A stretch of 32,000 bases of DNA. Origin: Zygophlyctis sp. KS116 (Eukaryota > Fungi > Chytridiomycota). Under the pieces are notes generated by a model. The model was not told the DNA's origin. It saw only the letters and a list, made by a program, of their open reading frames with translations, and searched no databases. Made by a program: the position numbers and the translations under genes. Shown here piece after piece: positions 21,835-32,000 of the stretch; the stretch's first letter is position 1; every line of letters starts with the position of its first letter. The DNA lies in contig BAAFSQ010000091.1 of assembly GCA_054661495.1 (NCBI GenBank), positions 1 through 32,000 of the forward strand. The letters are read 5' to 3'.

Positions 21835-24196
21835 ATGTCAAAAGATTTTCTGCATCTCCTCACAGCTGATATTAAAGTTGCAGGCCCAAATCTAAACTCG
21901 AAAATCCTTCTATTTAAACTCCAATTTTTCAAAGACAAGAAATTAACCTTTGAACAAGAACTAGAAATTAATTTTTGGATTGAATTTTTTCATTTAAATT
22001 TTTTAGACAATTTGAATTTCCTGGAAAATCATTTATCAAAAGGATTCTGCTCTGTAATTTTTATATGATTGATTTTCAAGTTTTCTAAATTCCCTGAAAT
22101 TTTAGCTTTTGCATCGCTTATAGACAAGGAAGGAATGATTACATCGAAAATTATTTTAAATTGGATCAAAACTAGTAGGAACGATCCCTTTTTCAAGAGT
22201 TTAAACTCTAAATATTTCTCTCAAACGGTGACTGCCACAGTAGCAACACCTAACAATGACTCTAAAGTCAAGGAAATGTAACCTACAAAATGTTAACCCT
22301 ATAGTCTTCCAGTCAAGGGCCAGAGGAATGTTTTAATAACCAGCGCCTTGCCCTACGTTAATAATGTGCCACATTTGGGTAATATAATCGGTGCTACTTT
22401 AAGTGCAGATGTTTTTGCTAGATATTGTAGACAAAGAGGATATAATACGCTATATGTCTGTGGTACAGATGAATATGGGACAACTACAGAAATTAAAGCA
22501 TTAGAGGAAAAAATGAGTTGTCAGGCATTATGTGATAAATATCATAAATTACATAAAGAAGCATATGATTGGTTTGAAATTGGATTTAATGTGTTTGGAA
22601 GGACAACAACAAATGAACAGACGAAAATTTGTCAAAATATTTTTTTGAAATTACAAGAAAATGGTCATATCTTGGAACAAACTGTTACCCAATTATATTG
22701 CGAGAAACATAATTCGTTTTTAGCTGATAGAATGGTGGAAGGAACCTGTCCACTTTGTGGTTATACTGTAATTGTTAAATATTTAAAAATATAGGACGCT
22801 AGAGGAGATCAATGTGATGGATGTGGAAAGCTACTAAATGCTACTGATTTAATTTCTCCGCATTGTAAATTAGATAATGCAACTCCAGTTCCCAAGCAGT
22901 CAAATCATCTTTTTTTGAATTTAACTGAACAACAGCCACGATTAGAGGAATGGGTTAATGGTGCAAGTGAGAAGGGGTCTTGGTCTGCCAATAGTACAAG
23001 AATAACGCAGTCCTGGTTGAAAGAAGGTCTCAAGCCAAGATGTATTACTAGAGATTTGAAATGGGGAACTCCAGTACCTAAGAAAGGTTATGAAGATAAA
23101 GTTTTTTATGTTTGGTTTGATGCACCGATCGGATATCTGTCAATTACCGCTAATTATACTACTAATTGGGAATTATGGTGGAAAAATCCTGAAGATGTTC
23201 AATTATACCAGTTTATGGGTAAAGATAATGTCCCATTTCATACGGTAATATTCCCCTCTACGTTATTGGGCACAAATGAAAACTGGACTCTTTTACATCA
23301 CATAAGCACTACAGAATACTTATTGTATGAAAATGGGAAATTTTCAAAGTCTCGTGGAGTTGGCGTATTTGGAAATAATGTCATGGTATTTTTATTTTTT
23401 TTAACATTAGGATTCAGGTATACCCCCATCTGTTTGGCGATATTACTTATTATCAAGTAGACCAGAAACTTCTGATTCGCAATTTTCTTGGAAAGGATTA
23501 ATTACTTCGAATAACAGTGAACTCTTAGCAAATTTAGGCAATTTTGTGAATCGGGTTGTCAAATTTGTAAGTGCAAAATATAAGAAAGTTATTCCAGAAC
23601 CAAAGTTTGAAGATGCAGATAAGAAGTTAATTTCAGAAGTAAATATACTTCTCAAGGATTATATTGAATCTCTTGAAGCATGCAAAATTCGTTCAGGTCT
23701 TAAAATTGTGATGGATATTTCTAGTTTAGGAAATGCTTATCTTCAAGATCAGAAATTAGACAATAATTTGTTCACAAACAATAAGAGTAGATGTGATACA
23801 GTGGTATATCTAGCTTCAAACTTGATATACCTGTTAGGATCTTTACTAGAACCATATCTACCCAGTACTTCTGCTAACATATATAAGCAGCTAAATTTAC
23901 CTGCTCGAACTATATCTGATGATTGGAGCGGAAATGAAATTCCATCAGCTCATGAAATTGGCAAACCAGAATATCTATTCCAAAGAATTGATGAGGCTAG
24001 AGAAGAAGAACTTAGATCTAAGTACGGTGGAAATTCAAAAACTAAATTATCTCCAGAGGCAATAAAGGCTTTAGAAGATGAGATCAAGACTCAAGGAGAT
24101 TTAGTTCGCCAGCTGAAATCAGAGAAATCGCCATCAGTAGCTGCTCAAGTGCTGATTTTGAAAAACCTCAAAGCAAAGCTTAAAGAGGCATCTTAG
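21835..24196 (+). CDS. MARS1: Cytosolic methionyl-tRNA synthetase with N-terminal extension and C-terminal WHEP-like domain, multi-exon
   Basis: [21 protein letters not shown], Zn knuckle, [10 protein letters not shown] and KFSKS; C-terminal [12 protein letters not shown]. Start codon uncertain. Confidence 0.96.
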
Positions 24197-24350
24197 ATTT
24201 CTTAACAAAACGTTGTTTTTAAGTTGCTAATCTTTCGATACCGTTTGTCTAATGTTGAGTTTAATGTCATATTCATGAATTTAAAATTGAATTTAATGTA
24301 TTTAGAATAGAGTTACATTTTCTATGAAAAAAAATTGATATTTGAATTCC

Positions 24351-26069
24351 TCACGACCAATAATATTCCAAATCATCTTCAATATAAGTATAAGTAAAAA
24401 TACCTTCATCTTTCTTATTGGTGTCTTCTGTCTTTTTGACTTTTCGCTGAGGAGGTGCAGATCGGAAAACAATGGCTTTTCCAATCTATTTATAAATTTT
24501 AAGTGAAATTACCTTCTTCTTAACGGGCGCTTTTGCTCTTTCCATTGCTTTTTGTACTCTTTCCTCTTGTAAAAGACGTTGTGCCTCCATTTTTTCAGAT
24601 CTAATCCGCTGCCTTCTTTCTTTGTCTTTGATTTTTTCAGCCTGTTCAACTTTATCAGGTGGCATCATTTCAATTGATTCAAATAGCCCCTCTAGTTTAT
24701 TTTCAATGGATGTGAGCATTTGAAGTGTAGATAGGTTGCCCTCAATATCTCCCAAGCATTTCCTGTAGACATCTTTAACTTTTTGGTTTAATTCATTCAA
24801 GCTCTGATCTTGAGAATCACTCCCAAGACCGGAACTATTTCCTTTTGATTTATCTTGTAAAGACTGTAATTTTTCTTCTTCTTTAGCAATTGCACTATTT
24901 AAAACAAATATTTGCTGTTTTAGATTTTCAGTTTCTCGATCCCTTTGTAATTAAAATGAAAATATAATACATCTTTACATTTGTGTCTTGTATTTTAGAG
25001 CGAAGTTCTTCAAGAGTTTCTTCTGTTTCTTGACAAGTTTGAATCAATGCAAGGTTATTTTCTTCTAATTCTGCAAATATTTCTAAAAGTTGCTTTGGAT
25101 TTGAAAAGTATAAGACCTGATCTTCAGCTGCAAGTAATAAATCTTCATCAGCTTCAAGTGATTCATTCTTATCATTTCCAGCATCATCATTTCCGTGCTT
25201 TGAATCTTGATTTTTCTTATAGTCTGAAAATTTCTATTTTATAAGTGATCTTGAATTACTATTCTTTTAGTCTCTTCCCAAAATTCAGCCGGAGTTAAAG
25301 ATTCTAAGAATTGTCTATATTTTAAAGAATCTCTTAATTGATCTTCATTTTTTGACATATCACTTTTAATCCCCATAATTTGAATATTCAACTTTTTAAT
25401 ATCTTGCATTTTCTCTAATTTAGCCTTTGTCTCCAACTCGGCTCTAATATTAATTCTAATCGCAAATACTTTTTTATAGCCTCTACAGAATTTTTATCAT
25501 TTTCCTTCAAGAATGCATCAAATTTCGCCGCATCTTCTTCTAAAGCCTTTTCATCATCCAACAACTTTTGTTCTTCCGCTTGTGCAATCTCTTCCAGTTT
25601 ACGCATTTCTTCTCTTTTAACACCGAGAGCATACTGAACCAAAAACATTTCTCTCTTTTTTTCAATAAAATCATGAAGATTCTCCTTTCCAAAATGACGA
25701 TCAACTACATGTTAGCCTTGAAATTTGCGATAAGAATATAAACTGATCTTGTCGATAGACCGCAATAATCATTAATCATTTGATATTATAAAAATCTTTA
25801 CCTTTTCTATTACTAGAAATTTTGTCCGATTCTCTCTTTTTCAATTTTTCATAAAATTCAACATCTTCCGGATCATCTTTTAATAATTCTTTGAGATTCT
25901 TTTGCTTGAATGAATTCTTATCATATAAACTCTTTTTAGATTTCTATAATGAGTTTTGAGCGATTACAATTGGTTCTTCCTTGATATTAAAAATCTCAGC
26001 GTCTGTAGGCATTTTAAAAGGATTATCTTCCTTATCAATGGCCGGTAAGACTGCGAATTTAGTCTGCAT
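24351..26069 (-). CDS. CFAP100: Cilia- and flagella-associated protein 100 (CCDC37, DUF4200 coiled coil), multi-exon
   Basis: NPFKMP, FIEKKREMFLVQYAL..KREE, FDAFLKEND, LYFSNPKQL..F.ELEENNL.LIQ and KKIGKAIVFRSAPP. Confidence 0.9.
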
Positions 26070-26133
26070 TAGATTCTAATAGATAAAAAAAGGAAATGTT
26101 TATTAATGCTTGCTGACGTCGACCGATCGGAAC

Positions 26134-26501
26134 TTAGGAGTTCATTGAAGTTTTAAATCTATTTAATTAGAGATCTAAAGATACCCGCATTTAATGCAAT
26201 TGTAAAATACAGTCTGTCCTTCATCAGCAGACCTTAATTGAGCAGTATGAAAAACCATTTCCGGTGCATCACACTTTGGACATTTTTCCTTGATTGTGGC
26301 ACCTTCTTCCCTTGTCTGAGAAGTTTCTAAAGAAATTCTAGAATTCATTGTGAGAGTACTCATGACTTTTATTGATTCAAATACTATAGAGTCTGTTGGG
26401 GTTGAGCATGCAGGACATTTAACTACATCTTCTAGTCCTAGAGGAGGATCTAGCAATGATCCGCAACAGGAACAAAACACTAGCGAGTGTGGTTGAATCA
26501 T
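26134..26501 (-). CDS. RPA12: RNA polymerase I subunit RPA12; one 26-nt intron near the 3' end
   Basis: FCSCCGSLL zinc ribbon; GATIKEKCPKC...QLRSADEGQTVFY.C..CG. Confidence 0.95.
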
Positions 26502-26607
26502 TCTTGTGTAACCTAGGCCTGCCAAGTTTTTTTAAGTTTTGAGATTTTCAAGTTTTGATTTTGCCATAAAAAAAACACGAAAATTTTACCTGAAAAATTT
26601 GCTCGAA

Positions 26608-29127
26608 ATGAAAACGCCGGCAGTGGTTCTTGAACTCATTAATACTCTACGCCCCGGCTCTAGTTTAGACGATATTGAATATTATATAAAATTATTAAAT
26701 AGGTAAGATAATCGGTTGTTATTAATAGTAATATTGGGGCTTCCAAAACATTACCCGATGAGCATTCATTGACTGACGGACTAAAAAAGAAACTCTTGGC
26801 GCAAGATGAAACGGCTAAACAGGCGCTGGAATTATCAAGAGCTATGGCAAGGCTAAAACCAATGGTAAAATATTAATACTGAAATTATAGAAATTAAGTT
26901 CATATCCTGCGATTTTGTATTTTTTAAGTTGTCTGACAAATGCAAATTCACGTCCGAATTCTCAAATTGTGACTGTAACTGGCGCTATGCCAAAGAAATA
27001 TGAATCAGTGTCTAATTCTATTCCTAAAAAGTTTATAAAGGAAGAATCTTTAGATCAAATGGACAAATCAAAAAGTTTATGGAGACCAATGAAACCAATG
27101 GAACCGTTTAGTCCGGATATGGTTCCTCAGTTTCAAGGATACTATCAAGTAGGGAAAAGTAATGTTTTTCAAGGGTAATTTTAGATGTTCCGCAAGAGTC
27201 TCATATTTTAAGAGATTTACTCTACGTCTTTCAAGGGGTAGAAGGGAGACTATTAAAGTATGTGTCGGCTAAAGACAAGTTTTTGTTGGATTCTAAATAC
27301 AATTTACCAAGGCCTACTGTTCAGATTGTAAATGAATTAGCAGAAATAGGATGGGTATATTTTAAGATTAGAAAAGGATTAGAAAAGTTTAAGAATGGAC
27401 TATTCTCTCAAGTACTATATTATATTAAAAAATTAGGCGTTTGCTGCTGCAATCAAGGATGAATTAGTGGAATTTGATCGTTTAATTGCAATTCTTGAAA
27501 ATGATTTGTTTTCTACATGTGAATATGAACATTCTTTTGCAACTGTTGGACTATCACTCAAAAGATTGTTTGTGTGGAGTCAAGGACCTATATTTAAATT
27601 AAGATTTATGCTTATTTTGTTGCAAGCATGTCAGGATACTCGCGGAGGTGGTCTATTATCAGTTTTAAACAAATTTTCTAATCATGGAGATCCATTCATT
27701 CAAAAGTTTATTCATAAAATTCTTCCAAAGGTTGAACTATATTTATTTAATTATAGGTATCCGTACCATTCTTTGAAATTTTATATCATTGGATTCAATC
27801 TGGAGAGTTGCATGATCCTTGTTTGGAGTTTTGTATTCAGCTGAATCCTTCACCTTCTGATTTTTGGAAGACAAAATATGTAGTTCATATGGATTTTATT
27901 CCTTCATTTTTGACAGTAGAGACAATTAAAAAAGTATTTCTTTGCGAAATATTAACTGCTAGATTTTAATTGTAGGAAAATCTCTAAATTTTTTGTATTT
28001 GGAATGTAAAGAAGTTTTTCCAATGTCTAAACCGATGGCTGAAAGAGATTTCAAATATACCAATTTAGATAATATGCTCAAATATGTCGATTCAATTTAT
28101 GAAAAGATTAGTTTGCATGTTCTTAATGTTCTAAATGATAAATACATGCTCACGAATCACTTGGAAGCGCTTAAAAAGTATTTGCTACTTGGACAAGGAG
28201 ATTTCATTCAGTGTCTAATGGATGCCATTGGGTAATTTGATTCTAGATTTAAAATTGCAGAGATGAGCTTTCCAAGGATGCTAGAGTTATTTATCGTCAT
28301 AATCTGACGGGGGGTCTAGAAACTGCTGTCCGTTCTTCAAATACACAATTTGAAAATGCTGATATTTTAGCGCGGCTTGATGTACGATTGCTCGAAGTAA
28401 TTGTTGAATTTTTCATATCTAGATTTCAAATGGCGACAGTGGATGGGACATTTTCTCTATTGATTATCATATTGACGGTCCTTTGTCAACTGTGATTACC
28501 ACACAAGCCATGAATGCATATCATCGTCTTTTTGCCTTTTTGTGGAGACTTAAAAGAGTTGAGCACATTCTCTCGTCATCCTGGAAAACAAGGATGTCTA
28601 ATGTTTCTAAAATCCAAGGAAATATTCTTCATAAATGTCGAATCTTGTGGACTGAAATGACTCATTTCATATATCAGCTTGAATATTATATCTTATTTGA
28701 AGTCCTGGAATTATCATGGCGTGAACTAACTGATGCTTTAAATTTATTAAAAGATTTAGATGATCTTATTGCCGCACATAATCATTATTTGAATCAGATT
28801 ACCCTTAAAGGACTTTTAGCTCTTAACGGCAATGAAGAGTCTTTATCACAAAAACTTGTCAAGTTATTTGATATTATATTCAGATTCCAGAAATCTCATG
28901 TAAGTTTTTTAAAAATGAAGTATAGAATGATATGTTTGAAAGCTCTACTGTCTCTGAATCATTAATAAGTGCAACTATCCAAAAAATATCTGACGATTTC
29001 CATGTAATAACATTACAACTTATCATAGATTGAATTCATGAATCTCTTGGGAACATTATCCGCACATAAAGATCAGAATTTAAGATTGTTGGGTGTCCGA
29101 TTGAATTTTAATCAAGTTTATAAGTAG
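26608..29127 (+). CDS. TUBGCP3: Gamma-tubulin complex component 3 (Spc98), multi-exon
   Basis: [62 protein letters not shown] and terminal RLNFNQVYK*. Confidence 0.93.
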
Positions 29128-29133
29128 TTTTAA

Positions 29134-31369
29134 ATGTCAAAATTGATCTCTACGGTGTTTGCTGAGAAAAACGGTCCAGTGTTTGTAGCATATGTGACTG
29201 CTGGCTATCCTCAAAAAGCTGTGACAGTTGATGTCCTGTTGAAGCTACAGAGCGGCGGCGCTGATATTATTGAACTTGGAGTTCCATTTTCTGATCCGAT
29301 TGCCGATGGTCCAGCGATACAAGAATCTAGCTTTGTAGCACTGGGTAATGGCGTTGAGTTGACTGATTGTTTTAACATGGTGGTAGAAGCAAGATCCAAA
29401 GGCCTTGTGATCCCAGTTGTTCTAATGGGCTATTATAACCCGTTCTTGATGTATGGGGAGGAAAAGTTGGTTAAAGATGCAGCAAAAGCAGGGATAAATG
29501 GATTTATTATTGTCGATTTGCCACTTGAAGAAGCTTTTGGTTTGAGAAATCTATGTACAATGGAAGGGTATTTAAGATAAAATTAATGTTAGATTAAGTT
29601 TTATTCCTTTAATTGCACCAACATCTTCAGATTTAAGAATTAAACAGGTATCAGACATTGCTGATACGTTTATATATGTTGTATCCACTCTAGGTGTGAC
29701 CGGATCTAGAACCTCTGTTGACTCTGATTTGCCAGGTTTAGTAAAGAGAATTAAAAATATTTCTCAGTTACCTTTGGCAGTTGGATTTGGTGTCTCTACT
29801 AGAGATCATTTTGTTCATGTTGCATCATTGGCAGAGGGTGTAGTTATTGGATCGCGATTGATTAATTTACTAAAAAGTACTCCAATTGACAGGATTGGAA
29901 ATGAAATTGAAGCATTCTGTTTACAAATTACTAATGGGAAAAAGGAAGAAATTCAAAAGTTTAATGATAATTTAAGAAAAGTGCAAAATACGCCAAATGG
30001 GAATAAAGCAAATTATAGCGAAATACCAAAAGAAAATGGGAAATTTGGTGACTTTGGTGGAAGATATGTGGCTGAATTATTGGTGGGATGTTTAGAAGAA
30101 ATTGAAATAGTAATTTGGTATTTTGATAAATTTAGGAATTTGAAAAATGTTTAAAAGATGTGGAATTTTGGAAGGAATTCAAATCTTATTATCAATTTAT
30201 GGGACGGCCGTCTCCTCTACATTTAGCAGAAAGATTAACAAATCATTGTGGTATTTATTTTATTATAATTTGATTAGGCGGGGCAAAAATTTGGCTGAAG
30301 AGAGAGGATTTGAATCATACTGGTTCACACAAAATCAATAATGCAGTTGGGCAGGCTCTTTTAGCAAAGAGACTCGGGAAAAAAAGAATCATTGCGGAAA
30401 CGGGTGCTGGACAGCATGGAGTTGCTACTGCTACTGTTTGTGCAAAATTGGGATTGGAATGTATCATATACATGGGGGCAAATGATGTTAAGAGACAGGC
30501 TTTGAATGTTTTTAGAATACGCTTGCTTGGTGCTAAAGTAATTCCAGTCGAGTCTGGATCAAAAACATTAAAGGATGCGATCAATGAAGCAATGCGTGAC
30601 TGGGCCACCAATGTTAAAACTACTCATTATTTAGTTGGATCAGCTATTGGGCCTCATCCATTTCCCAAGATTGTTCGAGAATTTCAATCTGTAATAGGCC
30701 GTGAAACAAAGGAGCAAATGATGTCACTAACAGGAAGGTTACCTGACGCTGTTATTGCTTGTGTAGGCGGGGGATCTAATGCGATTGGGATGTTTTCTCC
30801 ATTCATTAATGATCAATCTGTACGAATTATCGGTGTAGAAGCCGGAGGAGATGGTATACAAACAGGACGCCATTCAGCGACGTTAAGTGCAGGTAAGCCT
30901 GGAGTACTCCATGGAACAAAGACATATCTTTTGCAGGACAATCATGGCCAAATAATAGAAACTCATAGTATTAGTGCAGGATTGGATTATCCAGGAGTTG
31001 GGCCAGAACATGCCATGTTAAAGGATAGTGGAAGAGCAGAATATATCAATGCTACGGATATGGAAGCTTTGAAAGGTTTCAGAAGTCTATCAGAAATGGA
31101 AGGCAAGAATTATTATTTATTAAAATCAAGGTATAATCCCGGCTTTGGAAACTTCACATGCAATATTCAAAGCCATGGAAATCGCTTCTTCATTGGATAG
31201 CGAGAAAAATTTAGTCATCAATGTGAGTGGACGAGGAGACAAGGATGTTGTTAGCGTTGCCGAAGCTCTGCCAAAATATGGGGCTGAAATGGGATGGTAA
31301 ATGCATTAATGTTTTAAAAAATAGGGATTTACGCTTTCAAGGCCAATCAGACTATCTTCAACCGCAAAT

Positions 31370-31373
<4 letters not shown>
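29134..31373 (+). CDS. TRP5: Bifunctional (alpha-beta fused) tryptophan synthase, multi-exon with one GC-AG intron
   Basis: Alpha domain [15 protein letters not shown]; beta domain [41 protein letters not shown]; terminal GWDLRF after splicing. Confidence 0.97.

Positions 31374-32000
<627 letters not shown>

Noticed and set aside
288-30611. Numerous 60-130 aa ORFs antisense or out of frame to assigned genes (e.g. 2200-2583, 16548-16850, 30315-30611)
   Set aside because: These are shadow ORFs overlapping well-supported genes and have no recognisable motifs.

Overview
AT-rich, very gene-dense eukaryotic nuclear DNA, most likely from a flagellated fungus (chytrid). This is inferred from a fused fungal-type trpA-trpB tryptophan synthase occurring together with the cilium genes meckelin/TMEM67 and CFAP100. 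About 22 genes are broken by spliceosomal introns that are almost all 24-32 nt long, which is why the ORF track is fragmented. Housekeeping genes include NDUFS7, a DH-PH-FYVE RhoGEF, a Treslin/Sld3-like gene, ORC6, EMC4, MetRS, RPA12, GCP3, TRP5 and a PRP4 kinase. Accessory or secreted content includes a subtilisin with a Cys-rich tail, a tyrosinase, a secreted decapeptide-repeat protein and an island at 16.3-21.6 kb. That island holds three paralogous small secreted proteins, recognisable only after splicing, that flank an intronless glycosyltransferase, plus a Crinkler-like gene. The notable architecture is: ultra-short introns with a constrained branch-to-AG distance; co-oriented genes 6 nt apart (GCP3 to TRP5); divergent ATGs 22 nt apart; overlapping stop codons; and a recurring CGCG motif just upstream of start codons. 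All gene models were spliced by eye and the homology calls come from recognised motifs, not database searches.
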